Positions 38,064 to 47,417 of a DNA stretch of 64,000 nt are shown in pieces; the first letter of the stretch is position 1, and each line of letters begins with the position of its first letter. This stretch comes from an uncultured virus (IMG/VR IMGVR_UViG_3300030109_002855) (taxonomy: Duplodnaviria > Heunggongvirae > Uroviricota > Caudoviricetes). The DNA is taken from IMG/VR virus record IMGVR_UViG_3300030109_002855, positions 1-64,000 of that record; one strand, 5' to 3'. Position numbers and translations under genes: made by a program. The notes beneath the pieces were generated by a model. It made no database searches. It was not told the DNA's origin and saw only the letters and a program-made list of their open reading frames with translations.

Positions 38064-38548
38064 TGGATATTCTTAATTCAAGACAAACTACATTAAGAGA
38101 ATTTGGGTTAGTATTTCTAATAACAATTATGTTAGCAGGATGTACTATACCATCTCCTGATGAAGTATTTGCAGAGGAAGAAGAATGTATAAAAGATTGG
38201 TCTACAATGAATGGTTCATTCACATATTTAATCAATGATTTGAATAACTCAACACAAGAAACAGTAGTGTTAGATTTTAACTCAACTTATGGTTTAATTG
38301 AATTAGATTATTTCTATTACAACTTGACTCATCTGAGTTTTGATATTGTAAATAATACTGTAATATTTAATAATTTTACTTTTAATGTAGAAGGTTATGC
38401 ACAACAAGGAACTCATTTATGGTCTAATGGGTATGCACCTCAATTTGGTAGTGCTACCTTAGTATTTCCTGTATTTCCTTTTGATGTAACAGTTGAATAT
38501 GAAGTTAAATATAGAGTGTGGAATGGTAGAGAATGCAGCCAACAGTAA
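38060..38548 (+). CDS. Putative lipoprotein
   Basis: Hydrophobic signal ending in the lipobox MLAGC; several N-x-S/T sequons. Confidence 0.7.
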   Translation: MMDILNSRQTTLREFGLVFLITIMLAGCTIPSPDEVFAEEEECIKDWSTMNGSFTYLINDLNNSTQETVVLDFNSTYGLIELDYFYYNLTHLSFDIVNNTVIFNNFTFNVEGYAQQGTHLWSNGYAPQFGSATLVFPVFPFDVTVEYEVKYRVWNGRECSQQ

Positions 38549-38934
38549 CCGTAACTTTCCCTGCCCCATTACCCGCAGAAGTTCCTTGTCCTATTTGTGA
38601 AGGGAATAAATGTAAGGTTTGTGAATGGAGTGGTAAATTACATATTACTGTTGATGCAAAAATACCTATACAAAGAGCGCATATCGTAAAGTTTGTAGCA
38701 GAAAATATGAGTAGTATGTCAACTCTATTAAACAAACAGTATGGTTTAAGCCCTGAAATAGAAACAGAAGAGATGATTCAATATCAAGGCGGTGTGTATG
38801 AAGTTGTCAGGATTAGTAGTCTTGGTGGTGCAATGTGGATGGTGCATAGAGTAGATAAACTAGAATCTCCTAGATATTTTAAAACATATAAAGAATTAAA
38901 AACATTCAAAGGAGGATTGGCGTATGAAGAATGA
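38533..38934 (+). CDS. Zn-binding hypothetical protein
   Basis: CPIC...CKVC..SG. Confidence 0.65.
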   Translation: MQPTVTVTFPAPLPAEVPCPICEGNKCKVCEWSGKLHITVDAKIPIQRAHIVKFVAENMSSMSTLLNKQYGLSPEIETEEMIQYQGGVYEVVRISSLGGAMWMVHRVDKLESPRYFKTYKELKTFKGGLAYEE

Positions 38935-39166
38935 AAGAATCGTAGTAAGAATACCTAGAAATGCTACGTCAGAATTACTTGTAGTAACAGGTAATTATTG
39001 GAATATTGATGTATTAGATATTCGATGGTATGATAATGGTAAACCTACCAAAAAAGGTGTTAGAATGAATATAGACGAAGCCGAGTCTCTAAATAAGGCA
39101 TTAAGGAGAGCGTTAAATGATAATATCAATAAGAACAATGAAGAAACAATTGAAGAGGAAGATTAA
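38924..39166 (+). CDS. PC4/p15-like ssDNA-binding protein
   Basis: LDIRWY...PTKKGV motif. Confidence 0.8.
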   Translation: MKNERIVVRIPRNATSELLVVTGNYWNIDVLDIRWYDNGKPTKKGVRMNIDEAESLNKALRRALNDNINKNNEETIEEED

Positions 39167-39350
39167 ACAAGGAACATATATTAGTGCAGATGTTTATTCT
39201 GTTATAGAAAAGTATATGCATTGGAGTTTAAGTGAACTAAATTTAGAAATTGCTAAGATATATACTGAAAGTGGTGACAGAAAAATCACTACTGCCCATG
39301 TAGAAAAAGCAATACTAAATTTAGTCTTAACTAGGTCAGAAGAGGAATAA
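39117..39350 (+). CDS. Histone-fold-like protein
   Basis: ISADV, long alpha2 helix, and SGDRKITTAHVEKA resembling archaeal histone AGRKTVKAEDIELA. Confidence 0.6.
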   Translation: MIISIRTMKKQLKRKIKQGTYISADVYSVIEKYMHWSLSELNLEIAKIYTESGDRKITTAHVEKAILNLVLTRSEEE

Positions 39351-39450
39351 TTATGGATAAAGAAAGAAGAGAGAATATGAAAATACTCATGAAACTTATG
39401 AATAGAAATAAGAAACATGATGCTGAAAGATTAGCAAGATTGGAGGAAGA

Positions 39451-41013
39451 GTGATGTATGCTGTTCAAGCAGGTACTCTAAGTAATTTTGCGAATGTTTG
39501 TGAGATTCTTGAGTTTCAAACACCTAAAGAAAAGGCAAAAACTATCTCTGATAATCTAAGTGCATTTAGGTCTAAGCCATTGGTGATGCAAGTATTTTCT
39601 TTATCGTATCCTACTAATAATATTGGAAACATCAAAGCAGTATCTTGGATTGCTTCTGCATTAGGTTTGTTCGATGATGAAGTTAAATCTGCTGCTAAAA
39701 TGTGGGGGGATTTAGGAGAAGGTCTGTATCAAATGTATGAAGGTGAGAATAATCATTCTGATATTACATTTGGAGAGTTCTATTCTTTATTGCTTTTAGA
39801 TTGTTCTTCTATTAGCAATTCTTCATACGAAACATTTGCTTCGGCACTTAGGCAAATGTCTGCTTTAGAGTTAAAATGGTTTGTGAGATATTGGTTAAGG
39901 AAACCTAGAAATGGTGTAAATAATAAAATACCATTAAAGGCATTAGCATTGCATTATAGAAATGATGATACTACTATATACAAATATGCTCAATATAATT
40001 CAGCAAGTGAAATCTGTTCTAGCCTAGAGTTAGGTCAGACTCCTGAATGTAGATTATCTCATGGACAGTTTGTACAACCGATGTTAGCGAAAGCACGTAA
40101 AGGTCAAGAAAAACCTGATAATTATTATGTTGATGCTAAGTATGACGGGAACAGATATCAGATACATAAGAGTCAAGATTTATCTGTAATAATTTTTAAT
40201 CGTAAAGGTAAAATTGTAACAGAACAATTTCCTGATGTTGAAGACCAAATGCTAGAACTAGAAGTGGATGATTTCATAATAGACACGGAAATATATCCAA
40301 TCAATATAGATGGTACACCTGCACCTCACAAGAAGATGGGTAAGAGAGTTCATAAATTAGATAAAGAAGAAGCCGTAAGAGAATGCCCTGTTAAAATGGT
40401 TGCATTCGATATATTATATTGGAAGAATGTAAGTTTCTTAGATTTAGAATTTAAAGATAGGTTAGAAAAATTATCGTGGCTGTTATCAAAGGATTTGATA
40501 GCACAAAGTTTTCCAAACCAAACAATACAAGGTGCATATAATAGTGCAATTAGTTTAGGTTTTGAAGGCATAATGATAAAGGATTTGGATATGGTATATC
40601 AAGCAGGTAAAAGAAGTAATGCTTGGTTAAAATATAAACCTGCTAGAATAAGTTTAGATGTTGTAATAACAAGTGCGACTTATGGTACAGGAGATAGGTC
40701 AGATGTATTTGGTTCATTTGGTATATCATTGAAACAAGATGAAGAATATGTTTCTATTGGTTCTGTTGGTACAGGACTTTCTAGATTGGATTTGTTAAAC
40801 TTAACAACAGACTTGAAGAAGAATGTATCTTCATATGAAAAAGGAGTATTTACTTTCTTGCCGAGAATAGTACTAGAAGTAACTGCTGATTTGGTAACAC
40901 AAGATGCTGATGGTAACTATGGCCTTAGATTTCCTAGAGTAGTTAGAATAAGAGATGATAAGTTTGCTAAAGATATAGATACGCTGCAAAATGCACAGGG
41001 GATGATACTTTGA
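39451..41013 (+). CDS. lig: ATP-dependent DNA ligase
   Basis: PMLA, KYDGNR, FDIL, EGIMIK, WLKYK and LRFPR motifs. Confidence 0.95.
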   Translation: MMYAVQAGTLSNFANVCEILEFQTPKEKAKTISDNLSAFRSKPLVMQVFSLSYPTNNIGNIKAVSWIASALGLFDDEVKSAAKMWGDLGEGLYQMYEGENNHSDITFGEFYSLLLLDCSSISNSSYETFASALRQMSALELKWFVRYWLRKPRNGVNNKIPLKALALHYRNDDTTIYKYAQYNSASEICSSLELGQTPECRLSHGQFVQPMLAKARKGQEKPDNYYVDAKYDGNRYQIHKSQDLSVIIFNRKGKIVTEQFPDVEDQMLELEVDDFIIDTEIYPINIDGTPAPHKKMGKRVHKLDKEEAVRECPVKMVAFDILYWKNVSFLDLEFKDRLEKLSWLLSKDLIAQSFPNQTIQGAYNSAISLGFEGIMIKDLDMVYQAGKRSNAWLKYKPARISLDVVITSATYGTGDRSDVFGSFGISLKQDEEYVSIGSVGTGLSRLDLLNLTTDLKKNVSSYEKGVFTFLPRIVLEVTADLVTQDADGNYGLRFPRVVRIRDDKFAKDIDTLQNAQGMIL

Positions 41014-41498
41014 TTGGTGTAGATATGATGACTATAATTGATGACTACCCATATAGATGTATTAGGATTTATCAAAATACAGCAGTATTACAACCAGTGG
41101 GTAATCCAAAGAGAACTATTGAAGTTGATATTGATACTTGTCCGTATATAGATTCTGAATCAAAGAAACTAATTACACCCGATAAGGCATTAGTAATTAA
41201 AGCAAAGATTAAGAAACAAAAAAGGCACAAAGCAAAGACCATTAATATAATGAAAATTATAAAGGATGATGTTGATATGTCAATATCTAGGGATTTAGTT
41301 TATTTTGTACGCGACCATATTGAAACCCTTATTGCTAACTTAGCACTTGAGGCTCAAAACAATGCAATTAGAAACGGTGATAAGCGACTAGCACCTAGAC
41401 ATTGGTACTGGTTGGAAGTTCCAATACACGGCACACAACATATTGTGCGAGAACAAGATGAAATTGCATCGGAAATAAAAGAGAATTATTGGGAGTGA
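41010..41498 (+). CDS. Protein with C-terminal histone-fold-like domain
   Basis: IMKIIK...ISRD...LALEAQNNAIRNGDKRLAPRH. Confidence 0.6.
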   Translation: MIGVDMMTIIDDYPYRCIRIYQNTAVLQPVGNPKRTIEVDIDTCPYIDSESKKLITPDKALVIKAKIKKQKRHKAKTINIMKIIKDDVDMSISRDLVYFVRDHIETLIANLALEAQNNAIRNGDKRLAPRHWYWLEVPIHGTQHIVREQDEIASEIKENYWE

Positions 41499-41502
41499 TA
41501 TT

Positions 41503-41901
41503 GTGTTTAACCGAAGCCAACTTGAAGGTATATTATTATCACATCCTAAATGTGAAATTAATGTGTCTAGAGATAAAGAAACACACATTGGGTATAGAGT
41601 TAGGCTAAAGGTTAGTTTTAGGGGTAAGAGTGAGTTCCTATTGGGTATTCAGCGTACTCTTTTGCAGCATGAGATAGTTGCTAAGTATAAAGAAGAAGAA
41701 CACAAGACAAGACCTAGACCAATATTAACTATAACAGGTAAAAAAAATCTATGGAACTTATGTAATATTGTTCCCGACAATTTACCTACTGCTAAAGGAG
41801 AATGGGAAACTTTCAAACAGGCAGTAATAATAGTTGATTCAAATCGACAACACACTGAAAAAGGTCTAGATGAAATCTTAGCATTAAAAGGGGTAATATG
41901 A
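41503..41901 (+). CDS. Degenerate LAGLIDADG-like protein
   Basis: GYRVRLKVSF strand and terminal HTEKGLDEILALK; first helix LEGILLS lacks the catalytic acidic residue. Confidence 0.6.
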   Translation: MFNRSQLEGILLSHPKCEINVSRDKETHIGYRVRLKVSFRGKSEFLLGIQRTLLQHEIVAKYKEEEHKTRPRPILTITGKKNLWNLCNIVPDNLPTAKGEWETFKQAVIIVDSNRQHTEKGLDEILALKGVI

Positions 41902-42245
41902 TGAGATGTCACCGTTGTAATGTTTTCGAGGTTGAAGAAAATCAGTTATGTAGCACTTGTAAAATTGCTGTAAACTTTTTGAATGAACCTAAAGAACGTG
42001 CAACGGATGAGCAAATACTAGAATCTTCTATGTTAATGAAAATGAAAGAAGGTTGTAGAGAGTGTGGTAGTAATGACTTTGGTTATAATGCCGGAGTATT
42101 AGAAGAAGGTAAACTAAAGTGGTTTATTATTCAAGTTAAGTGTCATAGTTGTGGTGCAGACTATGATGAAGCATTAGATGTGAGGATTAAAAATGAGTTT
42201 AATAAAAATGAAAAACAAGCAAAGGCCAATAATAATAGTAGGTAA
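41898..42245 (+). CDS. Multi Zn-ribbon protein
   Basis: Four CxxC pairs. Confidence 0.65.
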   Translation: MMRCHRCNVFEVEENQLCSTCKIAVNFLNEPKERATDEQILESSMLMKMKEGCRECGSNDFGYNAGVLEEGKLKWFIIQVKCHSCGADYDEALDVRIKNEFNKNEKQAKANNNSR

Positions 42246-43053
42246 ATCAAATAGGAATTGTATAGACAAGGCGTTAGAACTTTTATCTAGTTCTGATAAT
42301 CCTATTATACGATATGCAGATGAATATGATATAGAAGATAATTATTCTCTTCCTAGAAATAGGGGTCTAATTATTAGAGAAGTTAACATTAAACCTAAGA
42401 CGGAATTGATAATCAAATCTATCCTAGAGTATAGAGGAACTGTTATATTAACATCATCTAATCAAAAAGATGTTCCCAAATCCATACTTAAGTTAGTGAA
42501 GTTGACTAGGGCTACATCTGATTCAGAAGATATATTGAACATAAAGAAAATATCACCTAGAAGTAATCCACCAAAAGAATATGATTTAGATATTTTTAAG
42601 ATTATGATGGACTATTTGAAGAATCCTGATAGAGAAGATGTATTAGAGATTCTTAAAATAAACAAACCTTCTGATACTCAATTATTAAGTTGGTTAGCAC
42701 AAAATGTACATCCTAACAAATTAATGTATATTGATTCAGAAGTAAAAAGGAAATGGTCATCAGATTATTTCTATGAGTTATTGGCATATTCACATGAAGG
42801 AAAAACTCATGGTAAATTGGTTATGCCCAAAAGAAGACCGCAAAGTGAAATGCGGGATATATGTAGAAGATTAAAATTAAAGAGAGAGCAACAACATCTA
42901 CTAAAGTATTTATTAGAAGATGATGAATTTAGAAAATATGCTAAGTCTAGATTAGATAATAGACAATGCAGACTCCTAAAGTTAGGAGAAAAAAAGAAAA
43001 TAAAAACAAAGCAACCAACGGTTGTTACAACAACATTGGATAAGTGGTTATAA
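42193..43053 (+). CDS. Degenerate clamp-loader large-subunit-like protein
   Basis: Eroded P-loop (IIIVGKS); next to RFC small subunit; C-terminal TTLDKWL PIP-like box. Confidence 0.5.
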   Translation: MSLIKMKNKQRPIIIVGKSNRNCIDKALELLSSSDNPIIRYADEYDIEDNYSLPRNRGLIIREVNIKPKTELIIKSILEYRGTVILTSSNQKDVPKSILKLVKLTRATSDSEDILNIKKISPRSNPPKEYDLDIFKIMMDYLKNPDREDVLEILKINKPSDTQLLSWLAQNVHPNKLMYIDSEVKRKWSSDYFYELLAYSHEGKTHGKLVMPKRRPQSEMRDICRRLKLKREQQHLLKYLLEDDEFRKYAKSRLDNRQCRLLKLGEKKKIKTKQPTVVTTTLDKWL

Positions 43054-43301
43054 TGGCAAGAAACAATAAAAATTATTACAGGTATAAAGCGTTACACGAA
43101 ATTGGAAACGAAAGAGCAGAAGAAGAAATGAATATTCAGGAGATAATGACATTCATTAATAACTATAAAAATAGTAAAGGTCGTTTACATCGGCATGTTA
43201 ATTCTATGACTAATGTTATAGTAAATCTGATGTATCAAATGCCTGAATATGAAATAGTAAAAAGTGGGGTATGGGTATATACTCCTATCGGAGATGAATA
43301 A
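43044..43301 (+). CDS. Small wHTH-like protein
   Basis: ORF track; helix-helix-wing pattern. Confidence 0.55.
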   Translation: MVIMARNNKNYYRYKALHEIGNERAEEEMNIQEIMTFINNYKNSKGRLHRHVNSMTNVIVNLMYQMPEYEIVKSGVWVYTPIGDE

Positions 43302-44214
43302 AATGTTATGGACTGAAAAATATAGACCTCAACACTTAGATGAAATAGTGGGTCATTATAATTTAATAATGGATGCAGAAGAATGGCTACAAAATAAAGA
43401 GATGCCTAATCTTCTTTTATACGGTGTAGCGGGTACAGGTAAAACTGCATTCGCAGGAGCATTGGCTAATGATATATTAGGTGAGTTCAAAGATTCTAAT
43501 TTCTATGAAATTAACGCCTCAGATGATAGGAAACTTGAAACAGTTAGGACTAAGATTAAGGAAATAGCATCTACATCTAAAATAGGTGATGTACCATTCA
43601 AAATAGTTTTACTTGATGAGATGGATGGTATGACTAAAGATGCACAAAATGCATTAAAAAGGATTATGGAAAGGTATTCAGAAAATTGTAGATTTATAAT
43701 AACCTGCAATGAAAGAAATCGCATCATATACCCTTTACAATCTAGGTGTGCTAATTATCTGTTTATTAGGTTGAGTGATGAGAACATGTCATTCATATTA
43801 AACAGAATATTAACACTAGAAAAGGTAACAAGTGTTGATAAAGAAGAACTCGATTCTTTTATATTGGGGCTGCATGGTGATATTCGTAGAGGAATTACCG
43901 AATTACAAGCATCAATTTCTAGTAAGAGTCCTCTGTCAAAATTAAATCAAGAAAGCCTTGAGCCGTATGTTATTATAATTAATATGTTAAATGAAAATAA
44001 ATATGAACAAGCATTAGACGAGGTACATAAAATGATTTACAATTCTATTGACATGACATCGTTGTGTGTTAATTTACATGATGCTGTTGTAGCAAAAGAA
44101 ATGCAACACAAAAAGAAATTCCAATATCTGCGAGTAATCGGGGAGGCTGAATGGCGTAGTAAAACCATGACTCCAAAATTATTAGCGAGTTGGATGATAG
44201 CACAAATGATATGA
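43264..44214 (+). CDS. rfcS: Replication factor C small subunit (clamp loader)
   Basis: WTEKYRP, GVAGTGKT, EINASD, DEMD and SRC motifs. Confidence 0.93.
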   Translation: MGYGYILLSEMNKMLWTEKYRPQHLDEIVGHYNLIMDAEEWLQNKEMPNLLLYGVAGTGKTAFAGALANDILGEFKDSNFYEINASDDRKLETVRTKIKEIASTSKIGDVPFKIVLLDEMDGMTKDAQNALKRIMERYSENCRFIITCNERNRIIYPLQSRCANYLFIRLSDENMSFILNRILTLEKVTSVDKEELDSFILGLHGDIRRGITELQASISSKSPLSKLNQESLEPYVIIINMLNENKYEQALDEVHKMIYNSIDMTSLCVNLHDAVVAKEMQHKKKFQYLRVIGEAEWRSKTMTPKLLASWMIAQMI

Positions 44215-44235
44215 AAAAAAAGAAAAAAAGAAAAG

Positions 44236-45510
44236 GTGAAAAAAATGGAAAATAATGAAAATATTGAGAAATTAATGAAAGAAGTGGAATTGGGAGCAGG
44301 TCGAGTAGATTTAAGTCTAGAAGATGCTGTTCTAAAGATAGATGAAATCTGTCAACAAAATGGTTTAGATAAAAACGAAGAACCATTAGTTGTGATGAAT
44401 CTATGGAGACAATATGTTGCAAGTGTAATGATGTCAAGAAAGAAAGATTCTGCCGATAATAACGAAAGCCCAACCAATGCTCCTAGCAACGGTTGGTTAA
44501 AACAAGCATTTGGTATGTTTGTATCTTTAGATGAATCTAGAGATATGATGGAATGGAGTAGAGATAATGTATTCAATGAATATAATATGGATAAAGAAAC
44601 TACTCTTGAATCAGGTAAAGTAGCAGTAGTTAATCAAATGGAAGATGGTACTTATCAAGTAATTAGGTATCATGAAGGTGAAAGACAAGAAAGGTTTATT
44701 CAGAAATTACCTGCCGGAGCAATGGCGTTAGACTCTTCTGATTTAGCATGGATAGTACCTCTAGATGCAGTTGCTAAATACAGAGAAGACCCTAACCCTA
44801 ATTATGGTAAACCATTACCTAAAGAGGAGTTTAGAAGAAGTGGTGTATTTGTAGGTGAAGTTGATGGTAAGTTTGGTAAGTATTACTTTAATTATAAAGG
44901 TGATTCTTCTAAGGCTTTTGAACCAAAGACCTTTGATTGGGTATCATTTAACTGTATCATAAACAGTTTTGATGAAACTAAGATTCATGGTATAACTACA
45001 AGAACCCTTGCTTCATTAGTTGTTAATGATGAATTACCTGATGATGCTGATTCAAAGAGAGATATGAGTCAAACATCTAAACCTGATTTGATGATGGAAT
45101 ATGCTAGAGAGCATTATGTACCATTAAACGATTTAGATAGAGCGCATAGTATGAATCTATCTAAAACATATTTAGAAAGATTTGTAATTACTGATGGTAA
45201 TGTGGCAAGTATGATACTTACACCTACTGCTAACGGTAATAGAATAGTATCTATATCAGATTTGAATGCTGATTTTGAATATGATGGAGATGGCTATGTC
45301 GGTACAACTTGTTGGATACCAAGTGGCATTGAAATTGATTTCGGTGTAGGTTCTGATGTTATTGTAGTAGGTAGAACTTCACAACGTACAAATGATGATG
45401 GTTCTTTAGATGGAACTACACTAAATGTTAGTGGGTTGTTTGTAACTTCAAAGCGAGGTAAAGTTGTAGAAGTAGAGATTCCTGTTGAAGATGATACAGA
45501 TTGGTTCTGA
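44236..45510 (+). CDS. Putative RPA/SSB (OB-fold) protein
   Basis: Beta-rich C-terminal OB-like segments, acidic DDTDWF tail, replication context. Confidence 0.55.
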   Translation: MKKMENNENIEKLMKEVELGAGRVDLSLEDAVLKIDEICQQNGLDKNEEPLVVMNLWRQYVASVMMSRKKDSADNNESPTNAPSNGWLKQAFGMFVSLDESRDMMEWSRDNVFNEYNMDKETTLESGKVAVVNQMEDGTYQVIRYHEGERQERFIQKLPAGAMALDSSDLAWIVPLDAVAKYREDPNPNYGKPLPKEEFRRSGVFVGEVDGKFGKYYFNYKGDSSKAFEPKTFDWVSFNCIINSFDETKIHGITTRTLASLVVNDELPDDADSKRDMSQTSKPDLMMEYAREHYVPLNDLDRAHSMNLSKTYLERFVITDGNVASMILTPTANGNRIVSISDLNADFEYDGDGYVGTTCWIPSGIEIDFGVGSDVIVVGRTSQRTNDDGSLDGTTLNVSGLFVTSKRGKVVEVEIPVEDDTDWF

Positions 45511-45519
45511 GGACATAAT

Positions 45520-45789
45520 ATGTATCAGATATCAGGGCAGATAATACATAGTCATAGTTTTGCTGTTCCATTAGAAACAGTAGAATTTTTGACAGTTAGG
45601 TTAAATGAAGAAACTGGTGAATACTGGTTAAAAATGCATTTGCCTTCTAGTAAAGAAATAAGAATAAAAGTAAGTGAGGCAGAAGTCAATTCCATATTAG
45701 GAGAATGGGCTATGTCTAAGGGTAACGACGTTTATCCTGAATTTAATGGTGATAAAAATGAGTTGGAATACAGAAAAAATAGAAGATAA
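45520..45789 (+). CDS. Hypothetical protein
   Basis: GAGG RBS; ORF track. Confidence 0.6.
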   Translation: MYQISGQIIHSHSFAVPLETVEFLTVRLNEETGEYWLKMHLPSSKEIRIKVSEAEVNSILGEWAMSKGNDVYPEFNGDKNELEYRKNRR

Positions 45790-46627
45790 CAGCGACACTT
45801 TTGCAGAAGCAAAGGCGAGGATTAAGGCACAGATTAAGGCACGAAATGAAAGGGAGAAATCCTTTTTATTGTGTTCTATTACAGGTGAGCCAAAGGTAGG
45901 TAAAACAGGAACAGCAATGGATTGTAGAACCACCAAAGAAATTGAAGAAGGATATAAAGTATTTATTCTAGATTTTGATGATGGGGCAGAACCTACTTGG
46001 GATTCAGGATGGGATAGAGATGAAAACATAGTAATCTTTAACCCTATTGAAATGAAAGGTGATGGAACAGTTGATTGGAATGAGACATTTCAGAATGCAC
46101 ATTCTTTCATAACATATGTTAAGGAAGAAATTGCAGAAGGAATACCTGTTAAATCAATAATCTTTGATGGTGTTGATAAAGCATTTGAAGGTTCAGGTGA
46201 TGTATTAAGACAACACTTGGTAAGGTCTTCAAAGAGAGATGGTTTGATTATACATGATACTGATTCTGTAACCGTTAAACCTCTAGATTGGAAGATTAGA
46301 AATAGAGTTTATAATCGTCTTTTAGATGCGTTTATTGCTATTGATGCAGATAGGTTTTTGATAACGCATATGAAACCTATCTATGGTAACATAGTTAATC
46401 CAGTACCTATTGGTGTTGTACCTGATTGGCATAAATCTACACCTGCTAGATTTACTCAAATGATACACATTAATAAAATTAAGAGTGGAGCAACAACTAA
46501 TTATATTGCTGAATTACAAGCAAGTAAAACAAATCCCTCAATAGTAGGAAAGGAATGGACTGTATTTGTTACTAATGGTGAAAATGCATGGTCAGGTATT
46601 CCTGAACTACGTGAGGGGAAATTATGA
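45746..46627 (+). CDS. RecA-superfamily ATPase (RadA/Sak4-like recombinase)
   Basis: GEPKVGKT, ILDFD, IIFDG and LITH motifs. Confidence 0.75.
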   Translation: MVIKMSWNTEKIEDNSDTFAEAKARIKAQIKARNEREKSFLLCSITGEPKVGKTGTAMDCRTTKEIEEGYKVFILDFDDGAEPTWDSGWDRDENIVIFNPIEMKGDGTVDWNETFQNAHSFITYVKEEIAEGIPVKSIIFDGVDKAFEGSGDVLRQHLVRSSKRDGLIIHDTDSVTVKPLDWKIRNRVYNRLLDAFIAIDADRFLITHMKPIYGNIVNPVPIGVVPDWHKSTPARFTQMIHINKIKSGATTNYIAELQASKTNPSIVGKEWTVFVTNGENAWSGIPELREGKL

Positions 46628-47412
46628 GATTTGTAATAGATAATAAAAAGTTTATTGATGCATTAAGCGCAGTAGCATTGAGAGGTAAATATCCTAGTGG
46701 CGGTGCAACTAAGATTAAATCATTGTCAGATTATGCGTACATAGTTGCTGATATGGGTGGGGAACAACCATCATCAATTACATTGTATAATGCAAATGAC
46801 TCTACCGCTTGTTCTATTAAAGTACAAGATAACGAAAACTTGAACATGGTTCACATTGGGGGTGAATCTGTTCTTGATATTTCTAAGTTGAAGAAGTATC
46901 TTAAACCTATGAAAGGATTAGTTACTGTAAATATTGGTGAAATTATCACGTTGGATACTACAACTAAGCGTGCTACAATACCATCAGTAATTAATCATCC
47001 ATCATTCTCTATGATTCAATTGGTTAGAAATATTAATTTAGATGGTAAAGATGTAAATAACTTACCTACATTTGGTAAGGCTAATGTTCAGTTTGAGGCA
47101 GCAGTTATGTTAACTTCTGATTCATTGAAAGATGCTTGTACCACTTGTGATGTTGCTAATACATCTAGATACATATTAGAATCTACTTCTAATGATTTCA
47201 GAATAAGTATTCCTGAAGTTAATACAGAAAAGATTGTAGTATATCCTGAAACATTAACCGTTGAAGGTGAAGAAGCAATAGTAGAATTGACAGGTGAGTT
47301 TGCACATTTTTTAGATGGGATAACTACCATCTATCTTAAGGATGATTTTCCGGTATTAATTACATCCCCTAATAGGGTTTTAATTAAAGCACCTAGATTT
47401 AATCCGAGGTAA
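46624..47412 (+). CDS. pcn: DNA sliding clamp (PCNA-like)
   Basis: 262 aa, clamp-like alternating secondary structure, ends LIKAPR, lies directly before polB. Confidence 0.7.
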   Translation: MRFVIDNKKFIDALSAVALRGKYPSGGATKIKSLSDYAYIVADMGGEQPSSITLYNANDSTACSIKVQDNENLNMVHIGGESVLDISKLKKYLKPMKGLVTVNIGEIITLDTTTKRATIPSVINHPSFSMIQLVRNINLDGKDVNNLPTFGKANVQFEAAVMLTSDSLKDACTTCDVANTSRYILESTSNDFRISIPEVNTEKIVVYPETLTVEGEEAIVELTGEFAHFLDGITTIYLKDDFPVLITSPNRVLIKAPRFNPR

Positions 47413-47417
47413 TATAT

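Noticed and set aside
45746..45790. MSWNTEK start of the RecA-like ATPase as another tag instance
   Set aside because: Lacks the hydrophobic-hydrophobic-Lys part of the motif
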